Source: Nitrososphaeria archaeon
Lineage (GTDB): Archaea; Thermoproteota; Nitrososphaeria; JACIWG01
Reading direction: 5' to 3'
DNA length: 64,000 nucleotides
Assembly: GCA_050011875.1 (NCBI GenBank)
Contig: JBEKIG010000011.1
Coordinates: 64,001 to 128,000, forward strand
How positions within the stretch are numbered: the stretch's first letter is position 1; each line of letters begins with the position of its first letter. Below the pieces are notes generated by a model. The model saw nothing but the letters and a program-made list of their open reading frames with translations. It ran no database searches and had not been told where the DNA came from. Position numbers and translations under genes: made by a program. Of the stretch, positions 21,303 through 30,941 are shown one piece after another.

Positions 21303-21399
21303 AGTAAATATAAGAACTCAAACTCGTTCAAGAAATCACCCTGTGGTTATGATTAAGGCCTATGACATTGTGCAATTTGAAAAACAGAACCACGTCTGA

Positions 21400-22323
21400 T
21401 CATGAGACTATTACCTGGCAGACAAATTTGGCCCATCTATATCCCCATTTATATTCATTAACAGGTAGAAACAATCTAAATGGTCCTCCTTGACTTAGTG
21501 GGAGATACGTGTAGTTCTCTTGAAAACCTATAAGCATTTGTGAATCTTTGATTTGTTGAATTGTGAAATTTTCTTCATAGCCATCGATTGCGACTACTGT
21601 TATCATTGTGGCTTTATTTGACATATTTGAGACTTGAAGCAGACCTAACATAGACAGACCGGTCCAGTTTGCGGTTACTTGTGGTGAATCACCAGGAGCA
21701 AATTCTGATTCAATGGTTCTTTCCTGAAAGTTTGTCATGTTTTCTCCTGTAAATGTGAGGGGGTTCGAAACAGCTCCGGAAATCGAGACGGTCCAAAGGC
21801 CAATGTTCAAATCAGCTACACTTTCTATTTGATATTGTTCCCCAAACCATGGAGTGATTAGCTCCACCGGGCCGCCTGTTTCATTTGTCATCCATTGCCC
21901 GTTCTTTACGAAGGCTAGAATTATCCTATTATTTATCTGATACCGAGGATAAGCGGTGCTGTTCCAGGCTTGAAAAACATTCAAGGTTACACTCTGTCCA
22001 TTTGCGCCGATGATGTCAATTGGTCCCGCGTCCCAGAGCATACCGCTTTGGTTGCAGAATTCTAAAAGACTTACCCCGATGTAGGTCGCGTTTTCGCCAT
22101 TAATTACAGTATTAACGCTTGTTAACGGCATCTTAGAGATTTCTTTTAATGTCCATGTTCTTTGTTGCATAACGTCGCCTGTGACAGTTATCTGCCAATC
22201 TGAAGGTTCTCCTGAGGGTAACTGATTCGTAGTTTGTAGAGTGTGATAATAGATTGCCAAAGTTGCCGTGATGAAAATGATTATTATGATGAAGGCGGAA
22301 AGGATCTTGGTTCTCTTTTCCAT
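21400..22323 (-). CDS. Membrane-anchored protein with two molybdopterin-oxidoreductase-like domains
   Basis: WQITVTGDV, YIGVSL, GGPVELI, WTGLSM, AIDGY, GGPFRL, WAKFV. Confidence 0.75.
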   Translation of the reverse strand: MEKRTKILSAFIIIIIFITATLAIYYHTLQTTNQLPSGEPSDWQITVTGDVMQQRTWTLKEISKMPLTSVNTVINGENATYIGVSLLEFCNQSGMLWDAGPIDIIGANGQSVTLNVFQAWNSTAYPRYQINNRIILAFVKNGQWMTNETGGPVELITPWFGEQYQIESVADLNIGLWTVSISGAVSNPLTFTGENMTNFQERTIESEFAPGDSPQVTANWTGLSMLGLLQVSNMSNKATMITVVAIDGYEENFTIQQIKDSQMLIGFQENYTYLPLSQGGPFRLFLPVNEYKWGYRWAKFVCQVIVS

Positions 22324-22456
22324 TATGTCTCATCTTGAGATTAACGTAAGGTCGATCATCTTAATATATTTTTTTCTGAGCATGACAAGGTCATTTAGGA
22401 TTATTAGGCATTTTTACCACGGTTTCTGAATGTAGCATGTGCGTCAGTGATTCTCT

Positions 22457-22680
22457 ACGGTAAACTTAGACAGAACGGGTGAAACCATATACTACGGATT
22501 AGCCATACCTTCAAACGCGCAGAACTTTGGTTCAGCAACAAAATTTATCAGATCCATTTTGATTGGACATGAAAAAGTGATCTCGAGCAGTCTTGGCACC
22601 CCATTTTCAATCAGTCCTTCACATACAATCTTCAAGCTCTCCCACCAATTCTACAGCTACTGGTTGTGGAAGAATATTGA
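22457..22680 (+). pseudogene. 3' fragment of a second wtpA copy
   Basis: ACGGTAAACTTAGACAGAACGGGTGAAACCATATACTACGG... aligns with 20761-20985 and contains a frameshift. Confidence 0.85.
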
Positions 22681-22727
22681 CGCCTCCCGTTAACTAGACG
22701 AGTAGAAAACTTGGTTCCTTCTTTTCT

Positions 22728-23780
22728 TTATTCCAAGATCTTGACGGAGTCGGCCGTGAAGGAAAGCCATACTTCCTGTTCTGGGTAGAGTTCGAGGTTT
22801 AGGTAAGTTCTTTTTGGGATTGCGGCTTTGATCATCGGTCCTGCATCGACTGTTACCATTACGGTGGGGCCAAGGTCGCTGTAGTCCTTAGTCATTCCTT
22901 TGAGGAGATTCTCCGCGTGATAAGGCTGCATTCTCGAGATGGTAATATCGCTGGGGTGAATTCCAATCAGGTTAGTGTTTTCCTTTATTTCGCCCTCAGT
23001 TATTAGTTGATGGCCAAATGGAGTTAAAGTCAACAATTTTCTCTGCTTATCAGCGACTCGTACTGGATGTATGTTTTCGTAGCCAAGGAATCTTGCGAGA
23101 AAACTGTTTTGCGGGTTTTCGAAGATTTCTCTTGTCTCTCCTATCCGTATCATTCTTCCGTCGCGAATTACTCCTATTCGTTTGGCTAGGTAGAAGGCTT
23201 CCAATTGATCATGCGTAACGTGCATTGTTGTAAATTTGAGTTCCTTGTTTATTCTTTTCAGTTCTTCCCTAAGGTTCTGTCTCGTTTCCGTATCCATTGA
23301 GCTCAACGGCTCGTCCAAAAGGACTAACTCGGGTTCTATGGCAAGGACTCGAGCTAGTGCCACCTTCTGCTTTTCTCCTCCGCTAAGTGTGGGCGGAAAT
23401 CTGTTTTCAAGTTTTTCCAAACCAAGTATCAGGGACATCTCATTCACTTTTCTTTGTCTCTCACTTTCTAGCTTCCCTTGCATCTTTAGGCCGAACTCGA
23501 TGTTCTGCCACACCGTCATATGAGGGAAAAGGGTGTCTTTCTGCGGCACGTAACCAATCTTCCTCCTTTCTGGGGGATACGACGTGACATCCTTGCCGTT
23601 AAGAAATATTTTGCCCTTGTCGGGTTTGTAGAAACCTTCTATGACTTCTAAGAGGAGGGATTTGCCTGCGCCTGTGGGGCCAAGCAGCGCAAAGTATTCG
23701 CCGTCACTTATCTCTAGATTTATGTCGGTGAGCGCGAAGCCCCGCCATGCTTTGCTGACTCCCTCGACTCTTAATCCCAA
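22728..23780 (-). CDS. wtpC: Tungstate/molybdate ABC ATPase with TOBE domain
   Basis: GPTGAGKS, LSGGEKQ, LLDEP, HVTHD, C-terminal TOBE. Confidence 0.9.
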   Translation of the reverse strand: MGLRVEGVSKAWRGFALTDINLEISDGEYFALLGPTGAGKSLLLEVIEGFYKPDKGKIFLNGKDVTSYPPERRKIGYVPQKDTLFPHMTVWQNIEFGLKMQGKLESERQRKVNEMSLILGLEKLENRFPPTLSGGEKQKVALARVLAIEPELVLLDEPLSSMDTETRQNLREELKRINKELKFTTMHVTHDQLEAFYLAKRIGVIRDGRMIRIGETREIFENPQNSFLARFLGYENIHPVRVADKQRKLLTLTPFGHQLITEGEIKENTNLIGIHPSDITISRMQPYHAENLLKGMTKDYSDLGPTVMVTVDAGPMIKAAIPKRTYLNLELYPEQEVWLSFTADSVKILE

Positions 23781-23796
23781 CTTGTTTCACCTTATT

Positions 23797-24591
23797 TCAG
23801 CGTAATGTATCGGTTGGCCTAATGAAAGCTTTCCTGAAAATTATTAGGAGGATTACGGAGAAGATGATCAGTATTCCTGTGATTGGCATGGCAGCGCTCA
23901 ATCCTTCGCTCACGAAGACATCGTATAGGTCCACAGCGGCGGTCTTTGGGTAGTAGGCGAGGATCACCACTGCGCCGAACTCGGCAATCGCCCTAGCCCA
24001 GGTCATGACACACCCGGCCATGATTCCCCTTGAAGCTAAGGGGAAGGTTATATTCGTAAAGACCTTCATGTTACTTGCACCCATGCTCCTCGCCGCCTTC
24101 TCCATTGAAGGATTCACGGACGAGAAAGCTTCTTGGGCGCTTCTGATAGTGAATGGAGCACTGACGAACGCCATAGCTACTACTATTCCCAGATAGGTAT
24201 CGACGACATTTATCCCCAAAGATTTGTTTAGTCCACCTATTATGGAGTATGGGCCAAGCGCGAAAAGGAGCGCTATTCCAGCAGCGTCGTGGGGAATTAG
24301 GATCGGAATATCTATGAGCGAGTTTATAACGGCTTTACCTTGGAAATCATACCTCGTCATCAAATATGCAAGGGGAACACCTGAGATGAAGGTGAAAATG
24401 GTGGCGAGGGTCGCACAGTAGAAGCTAGTTGCTATAGCGTTAATGGTTTGCACATCAGTTAAAGCTGACAGGAGGCCAGTGGAAGAGCCGGCCAAAGACG
24501 CCAGGATTGGAATTCCTAGGAACAGAACCATGACTAGGCCTAGGATTAGGGAAGTAATGATAAAGGGCGATTTATCTTTTAACCATTTCAT
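23797..24591 (-). CDS. wtpB: Tungstate/molybdate ABC permease
   Basis: DIPILIPH.AAGIAL, EKAARSMGA, WARAIAEFGAV. Confidence 0.9.
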   Translation of the reverse strand: MKWLKDKSPFIITSLILGLVMVLFLGIPILASLAGSSTGLLSALTDVQTINAIATSFYCATLATIFTFISGVPLAYLMTRYDFQGKAVINSLIDIPILIPHDAAGIALLFALGPYSIIGGLNKSLGINVVDTYLGIVVAMAFVSAPFTIRSAQEAFSSVNPSMEKAARSMGASNMKVFTNITFPLASRGIMAGCVMTWARAIAEFGAVVILAYYPKTAAVDLYDVFVSEGLSAAMPITGILIIFSVILLIIFRKAFIRPTDTLR

Positions 24592-24657
24592 GTTATCAAT
24601 ATTCCGATTTTACGTTATTAAATTTTCCGATTTCACGTTATTAAAAATTCCTGACTT
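24590..24657. repeat. Three tandem 22-23 bp repeats in the wtpB leader/promoter
   Basis: ATGTTATCAATATTCCGATTTT / ACGTTATTAAATTTTCCGATTTC / ACGTTATTAAAAATTCCTGACTT. Confidence 0.75.
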
Positions 24658-24839
24658 AAGAGGTGAAGAGTTGGGCAGTATCTTGGGTGAATAAAGGTTT
24701 AAGTTCCTTGGTATTGCCATCAAGTTATATGTATAGGATGAGATGAAGACTGGTTGATAAGCAGCTTGAAAGATAAGTTCCAAAAAGTGAATATTTCATG
24801 AAAAACCCCTAATAAAATGGAATAGTAAGGTGGAATAAA

Positions 24840-25508
24840 ATGGAAAATAAAAGTAAAAAAGCACTTTTACTTGGAGATTATTCAAACCCGAAATATCATC
24901 CTTTGACAGAGATAGACAAAGAAATTGAAAGCATTTTTAAGGATAATTTTTCTTTAACCTGTACTGAAGATTACAATATACTTTCATCAGAACATTTTAA
25001 AGACTATGATCTTTGTATTTTATACGTAGACTGCTGGGGAAAAATAGTTGGAAAAACCCTTACCCACAACCTTTTGGATTTTATAAAAAATGGAGGTGGA
25101 CTTCTCATTATACATAACGGTATTTCTCTTGATTCGAACAAAGAATATGCTGAAATGGTAGGAGCAAAATTTTTAGGTCATCCTGCATATACAAAGCTTA
25201 CAGTAAAATCTACGGGAAATAATGATTACATAATGAATGGAATAAGTGAATTTGAAATAGAAGATGAACCTTACCATTATGAGATGTTTGATTATGCTGA
25301 AAAAAGCATATTCATGATATACTATCATGAAGGGAATACCTATCCAGCTGGATGGACAAGACAAATCGGTAATGGTAAACTTGTTTATATTATGCCTGGA
25401 CATGATATAAAATCATTTAAAAATGATACTTACAGGAAAATAATACTTAGAAGTGCCCTCTGGACCTTTTTTCAGGGTCATGCAAGACCCCTTTTAGGAT
25501 TGAGTTAA
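24840..25508 (+). CDS. ThuA-like (class I glutamine amidotransferase-fold) protein
   Basis: GGGLLIIHNG, GAKFLGHP, DEPY, GKLVYIMPGH; markedly AT-rich. Confidence 0.85.
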   Translation: MENKSKKALLLGDYSNPKYHPLTEIDKEIESIFKDNFSLTCTEDYNILSSEHFKDYDLCILYVDCWGKIVGKTLTHNLLDFIKNGGGLLIIHNGISLDSNKEYAEMVGAKFLGHPAYTKLTVKSTGNNDYIMNGISEFEIEDEPYHYEMFDYAEKSIFMIYYHEGNTYPAGWTRQIGNGKLVYIMPGHDIKSFKNDTYRKIILRSALWTFFQGHARPLLGLS

Positions 25509-25568
25509 GCAATTTGTTGATGCCACATCCTCTTTTCCTAGCTTCTTCTCCTTCCAGTTTCTTGAACG

Positions 25569-27824
25569 TTATATAATCAAACTTGCCCATTCTTGTTGGA
25601 CCTTTTTTCTTATTTCCTCTCTTAGTTCTCCTAACCAAGACCTTGATCTATGGGATGCCATAGGCTTCTCTTGAAAAACTGAAGGTTGAAAGAACCGTCT
25701 CAGCCGCATCCAATAACATATCACGATACTTTTCTTTGTCTATGTTTACGTGGGAGCTTGCTAGCTCTAATGGTATGACGCGACAGAGAGGGTTGTGGTG
25801 GTCTGAATCCATGTAGATGAAGTTAATGTCTTCGCCAGACTTTACCTGTTTACCTTTGCTTGCGAGTTGGATGGCCGCAGCCACATGTGGAAGTACGCTT
25901 CTATATTTATTCACAGTTTTCCTAAGCGTCTTAGAGACCACCAATTCTTCAAATGGTATATCTCCACCCATAATTTTGTCTATGGTTCTTGTGATGAGAA
26001 GCATGGCGCGCTCATATCCAACGTTGCACACTTCTTCAACAGTCGTACAATCGAATAGGGTTTGAATGAGCTTGGCTTGGAACTCCTTTATGAAGGACGG
26101 CGTGTCATGTCGTCTTAACTCTATTCCTCTAACGATAAGCTCTCCATCATAAAGGACGCCAAAGTAGTGTTTCTGCGCCTCCATATTCAGAGAAGGGTCT
26201 GCCTCCAACGGTAGTAGAAGAAGGAACCTGTAGTGATGATCCAAGGAAATCGGGAGACCTATGAATTTGCTTAGTTGTGCGGCTAGCTGTTCGTAATCTT
26301 CTTTTGTCGCATCATCCTTTTTGACGAAGACAGAATCTGTGTCCGCATATATCAGTTCAAAGCCCTGGCTCTGAACGTAGTCTTTTGTCCTGATCATTAC
26401 CTGCCTAGATTTTCTGTTTATTTCCTCGAAGGCCAGTACGTTGCCGAACCTGTTCCAACAACACCCTGAAGTGCCATAAATGCACACCAAAACCATCTTT
26501 AAAGCACTTTGACGCTGCTCACACCACAGCCATTCCTTGCTTTGTTTGGGAAAGCTCTTACGGAGCCTCTTGAAATATAATCGTCGCTCCAGAACCTTCC
26601 CTGTCACTAATGGGAGTATCGCGTCATCCCTTTTATCCAGTCCTTTTGGACCTACAGTTTCGAAACTTATACATTCTTTGACGATCAGGTTTGGGTACTC
26701 CGATTCATAGTCCAATTCTGCTACGTTGGCGTGCACCTCACCTATTTTGGGAGGGATGATCATACCGCCCCTATCGCGTTCAAAGATCTCCTTCATAGGC
26801 CGAATGTACTCGTAGTAGCCGGTGTTCTTTGGAATCACATAATCCCTTTGAAGTAGTTCATAACAGACGCGGCTGTCGTTGACCCTGTTAGCGGACCACC
26901 TTGCTGCTAAACCAGGTGTAAGAAACCCGAATCGTGAACGTTCGACAAGGCCAGCTATTCCCCACTTATCGTGCAATATGCCATAGGATTCATAGCCGAT
27001 AGCCACTCTTCCTCGCATACAATATGGAAGAGACCTGTTAAAACTATCAGAATCCACATCTTCTCTTCTGAGTTGCATTTTGATGTTCAGCGATCTTGCC
27101 CGTGTCTGCAGGTATGGGAAGGTGAATTTATCACAGTTCTGTGTAACTATGAAATCAGGGTCCTTTTCCTTCACAATCGATTCGAATCCCTTTAGAACCT
27201 CCTCTTCACTTCCTTCGATAAGAGTTTCTTTATCTTCAAATCTTGTTTCTATCGAAGTTATTGGATCAGTTTGAGGGTTTGGAGTTAGAGACGTTGCTCC
27301 GATGTTTATGCCAAAGTGCAGTGTCGTAAAATGTGGAGGCTCTATCTCTTTACTGTCATTAACCTTTCTGATTTCTGACAAGCACCAATTTGTGTCGTAC
27401 AGGAATTCGACTTTGCTGGTCGGTTCAATTTGGAACCTTGTAAATAAATACTGTTGCAGATGTAGAAGATCTATGTTGAAAAGCTCCATCACTTGTTCCT
27501 GCCTTTTAAGGGCCCCTACTATCTGCCTGTAGGCTAAGGCGTCTTCGACGACAACATGGATGAGCCTTTTCTTTTTCTCTTCTCTTAGGTTTGTGTATTT
27601 TTCTACCCAAGTCGTTCTTCTTATGTCCATCTGATTCTGTAGGGCGGATAGAAGCTGTTCACCATCTTCATATGTCTTAGGAAGAATGTAAGGCTTGGAT
27701 GGTAATGGTCTTGGAGCCTGACAACCTTATTGTCTTCTGTTCGAATCCAGATAAAAGCTAAGTCGTCTTCTGTGTAGACGTCAAGGACCCAGCCAACCTC
27801 AGGTACCATTTGGAGCACTTCCAT
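25569..27824 (-). pseudogene. polB2: Family B DNA polymerase, PolB2/Dpo2 group, frameshifted
   Basis: GWVLDVY N-terminus, LDYESEYPNLI, KMVLVCIYG, YADTDS, RGIELRRHD; degenerate exonuclease. Frameshift near 27692 joins 27621-27824 to 25648-27630; probable second shift near 25652. Confidence 0.85.
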
Positions 27825-28161
27825 CTGCTGTGGTAGAGTAGTGCAGTTGAGCTTTAAGTTGGGAAAGTTCCTCTTTAATCTCTTTGATGACCTGCTCCTT
27901 CTCCTCCACCCTCTTTGCGAGAGCTTCGATGAGTTTTCTGTTATGCAGATTCGATGTCAAATTGAGCCGATCGATCACAACAGGAATATTAGAGTTAGCC
28001 ATTGCCGCTTGCTCGCTCTCCCATGCCAGTTTGAGTAGGAGGTCGAATGCCTGCCTGTGGCCTTGATCGACTAAACTGCCTCGATACTGTGATTTGAGCT
28101 CATTAACCGTTTCTTCATAAAGAGTGCGCGCGGAAGGCGTTATTCTACCCATGTTCGTCAT
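27799..28161 (-). CDS. Small helical PolB2-associated protein (arCOG07300-like)
   Basis: MGRITPSAR...HRQAFDLL; immediately upstream of polB2. Confidence 0.75.
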   Translation of the reverse strand: MTNMGRITPSARTLYEETVNELKSQYRGSLVDQGHRQAFDLLLKLAWESEQAAMANSNIPVVIDRLNLTSNLHNRKLIEALAKRVEEKEQVIKEIKEELSQLKAQLHYSTTADGSAPNGT

Positions 28162-29296
28162 CCCTCGTGGTTACATTGATCCTGTTCCTTATTGATTCAA
28201 TGTCTTGAGCGAGCCTTTTAGTTTCATCGTCTATGGTGAGGAAGCGGTTTTGGACGGACTCAATAAGTGCACGAGTGTCCACCGATGCTGTAAGGTTCAA
28301 CCCATCCAAAAGTGTAAATTCCTTTAGGTTGCTTAATGCCTTCTGTTCCATATTCCAAGCTCCCTTAAGCAGAACATCAAACGCAGACCTGTGCCCAAGA
28401 TCTAGGAAATCGTTCTGGAAGAACCTTTTGAGGCGGTCCATCTGCTCACCGTAAAGTTGCTGGAAGGATGAAACGTTCCTTCCTGTCATTAGGTCTAAAG
28501 AACCGGCTTGACTTACATATAGCACTATGGACTCTGGAGTCCTCTTATATGGATGCTTCACAAGCGTTACCTTATAGGATGATATTGGCCCATCGCAGAA
28601 CTTTCTAAAATGAACTAAGATTGAAGCTGCTTGCCTCATGTAGATCCCACCTAACGGCTTGGGAGCCAATACTTTACCTGTATCTATGGCATCAACGGTC
28701 ATAACGAAGGCTACATGGTTTTCAGATGCCGTCCTCCAAAGGTTGCCTACAACCTTCTTCAGAACCTCCTTGGACTCCTTAGGCTTCTTCGAGTTTACAA
28801 GGAAACGTGTGATGTTATGGACTGCGAGAAGCTTAATTTCCTTTTTTTCTCTTATCAAATCTGCAACCTCTTTTGACACAAACCATTGTCTTTCTTCATT
28901 AAATGCTGCCGCTACCTCTACATTTTTGAAGACAAGGGAAGGATCTATACCCACATGCTTCGCTAGCATGCCGAGCCTTGATGGATCAATTAGAGTCTTG
29001 CCGACGTAGTAGTCGGTGTTGTTAAAGTAGACTGCTTTCGCATCAAGGCCACCTTTTTCGGCTGGCATAACACAGTTTACAAGAAGACGATGTATGAGGA
29101 GATCAAGTATCTCTGGCTCACCGTAGAACAGGTAGAAGGACCCTCCTTCAATTCCACCTATCAGGCTATCTAGGTCACCGGAGCCTGTCGTCAGCTTCAG
29201 CCTTTTCCTCTGCTCATCAAAGTCCTCCAGAGTGGTCTGAATAATTGGCATAGGTCTGTCGCCCATCCTGTGGTCGCCTCCAAGGAGAAGGTTCAC
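28145..29296 (-). CDS. Inactivated RadA-like ATPase fused to a second arCOG07300-like domain
   Basis: LTTGSGDLDSLIGG, then degenerate Walker A (FYGEPEILD); PKPLGG; C-terminal GRNVSSFQQLY...GHRSAFDVLLKGAW. Confidence 0.75.
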   Translation of the reverse strand: MNLLLGGDHRMGDRPMPIIQTTLEDFDEQRKRLKLTTGSGDLDSLIGGIEGGSFYLFYGEPEILDLLIHRLLVNCVMPAEKGGLDAKAVYFNNTDYYVGKTLIDPSRLGMLAKHVGIDPSLVFKNVEVAAAFNEERQWFVSKEVADLIREKKEIKLLAVHNITRFLVNSKKPKESKEVLKKVVGNLWRTASENHVAFVMTVDAIDTGKVLAPKPLGGIYMRQAASILVHFRKFCDGPISSYKVTLVKHPYKRTPESIVLYVSQAGSLDLMTGRNVSSFQQLYGEQMDRLKRFFQNDFLDLGHRSAFDVLLKGAWNMEQKALSNLKEFTLLDGLNLTASVDTRALIESVQNRFLTIDDETKRLAQDIESIRNRINVTTRDDEHG

Positions 29297-29322
29297 TTCG
29301 ACCTCTCCCCCCCTTAAGGTAT

Positions 29323-30315
29323 CTAACCTTCTCTGCCCTTCTTTGGCTCCGGATCCTCCACTCCCTTCTCCGATATTACAAAGCGATTTTCTGAATAGGG
29401 ATGATAAGGACTGTCGATAATTGTTGCAATCCTCTCTTGCCCAGCCTTCTTCAAGTAGACCCTGTACGTGCAGGCATGCCCTAAAATGTGTCCTCCAGCA
29501 GGCTTTGTAGGGTCCCCGAAGAACGTGTCCGGCTGTGCTTGAACCTGATTAGTAACTGCTACCGCCACGTTATAGATTTCAGCCATCCTGAGAAGGCGGT
29601 GCACGAGACCGTTCAGCTTCTGCTGTCTCTCAGCCAGCGTCCCTCTTCCCACGAACTCAGCTCTGTGCAAGGATATTATACTATCAACAATGACGAGCTT
29701 GACGTTGTACTGTTCGATGTATTTTCCGAGCCTTTTGACCGCCAGCTCGAGGTGGCTGCTGTTGTAGACCTTGCAGATTATAACGTTCTTGAGAATTTGG
29801 ATTGGGTCTAACCCTCTTGCTTCAGCTATCTGGTAAACCCTCTCTGGGCGGAAGGTGCTTTCAGTATCTATGAAGATCACATTTCCCCCGAATCCACCCT
29901 TCTCTATTGGAAGTTGTGCTGTCACGCAGAGGGTGTGGCAGAGCTGGCTCTTGCCGGAGCCAAATTCACCCCAAAACTCTGTGATAGCCTGAGTCTCAAC
30001 ACCCCCTATGAGCAGGCTGTCAAGGTTCTTCGAACCTGTCGTACACCTAATCATGGACTTTCTCTTCTCATAATTTTCTATTGCTGGAACGAACTCCTTA
30101 TCGATTAAGCCGCTTTCCATCAACGCCTTTTGAGCGACGAATATCATGGCACTCGCATTCTCCTTCGCACCACCGATCTTATCAGCCACTTCATCTGGTA
30201 GGGCGACTGCGAGATCGAGAACAGATTCTATCCCAGCGTCCTTAAGCTTCTTTTCAGTTGACGGCCCAATACCCTCCAAGTCGCGGAGCTCCATATCAAA
30301 TACGGTTACAGACAT
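29323..30315 (-). CDS. radA: DNA repair and recombination protein RadA
   Basis: HhH LEGIGP, FVPA, GEFGSGKSQ, IDTESTFRPER, GRGTLAERQQ, GGHILGH. Confidence 0.97.
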   Translation of the reverse strand: MSVTVFDMELRDLEGIGPSTEKKLKDAGIESVLDLAVALPDEVADKIGGAKENASAMIFVAQKALMESGLIDKEFVPAIENYEKRKSMIRCTTGSKNLDSLLIGGVETQAITEFWGEFGSGKSQLCHTLCVTAQLPIEKGGFGGNVIFIDTESTFRPERVYQIAEARGLDPIQILKNVIICKVYNSSHLELAVKRLGKYIEQYNVKLVIVDSIISLHRAEFVGRGTLAERQQKLNGLVHRLLRMAEIYNVAVAVTNQVQAQPDTFFGDPTKPAGGHILGHACTYRVYLKKAGQERIATIIDSPYHPYSENRFVISEKGVEDPEPKKGREG

Positions 30316-30345
30316 CTTTCTAACCCCTACAAAAAATATTCCATG

Positions 30346-30381
30346 GGACGATATTTATTGGATGAAGGACCTTAGGGGAGA
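30346..30381 (-). promoter_or_regulatory. Duplicated promoter element, copy 1 (upstream of radA)
   Basis: GGACGATATTTATTGGATGAAGGACCTTAGGGGAGA; 35/36 identical to 31461-31496. Confidence 0.85.
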
Positions 30382-30482
30382 GGGGAGGGTGGGTTTAATA
30401 CAGCTTTTCTGGAATGTCATATAATACACGAATAATCCCTCTCTGTAGATATTCTATTATCAGCTAAAGTATATTTTTCGGA

Positions 30483-30665
30483 TTATTCCTTGAACCACTG
30501 AAAATATAGGAAGAAGCCAACGAATATAATAAGTGTCAAAAGAAAGTATCTTTGGGCTTCAGTAATGTCCTGCATTTCATATAAAATTGTGTAGAACCAA
30601 TAAGCTAACGCAACTACTATAGTAACTCCTACACCCCTTTTTGCCCAATTATCTTTTTCAGTCAA
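30483..30665 (-). CDS. Small 2-TM membrane protein
   Basis: 60 aa, two hydrophobic helices, GGAGG upstream. Confidence 0.55.
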   Translation of the reverse strand: MTEKDNWAKRGVGVTIVVALAYWFYTILYEMQDITEAQRYFLLTLIIFVGFFLYFQWFKE

Positions 30666-30684
30666 AATCCTGAACCTCCATCAT

Positions 30685-30870
30685 TTAGAACCTACCTTCC
30701 CCCAATACAAAAGAGATAATGGGAATAGCAAGAATGAAAACAAATAGAATTGTGAAAATATCTGGGAGATTAGGAAGTAGAGGAAAAATCAGTAAAAATG
30801 CAAACAGAATCGCAAGTAGACTTAGCATTTTCCTTTTATTTACCCGATTTTTGGAAATTGTTTGACTCAT
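30685..30870 (-). CDS. Small 2-TM membrane protein
   Basis: 61 aa, basic N-terminus plus two hydrophobic helices. Confidence 0.5.
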   Translation of the reverse strand: MSQTISKNRVNKRKMLSLLAILFAFLLIFPLLPNLPDIFTILFVFILAIPIISFVLGEGRF

Positions 30871-30941
30871 TCAAGTCGCAATATAATATTATATACATGC
30901 AACGTTGGAAAAACTTTTGTAGCATAGTACATGCAACATCG

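Noticed and set aside
25447-25650. Pyrrolysine/TAG readthrough extending polB2
   Set aside because: The in-frame extension is not polymerase-like and overlaps the ThuA gene; a shifted frame gives a more natural tail; no pyl genes in the window.
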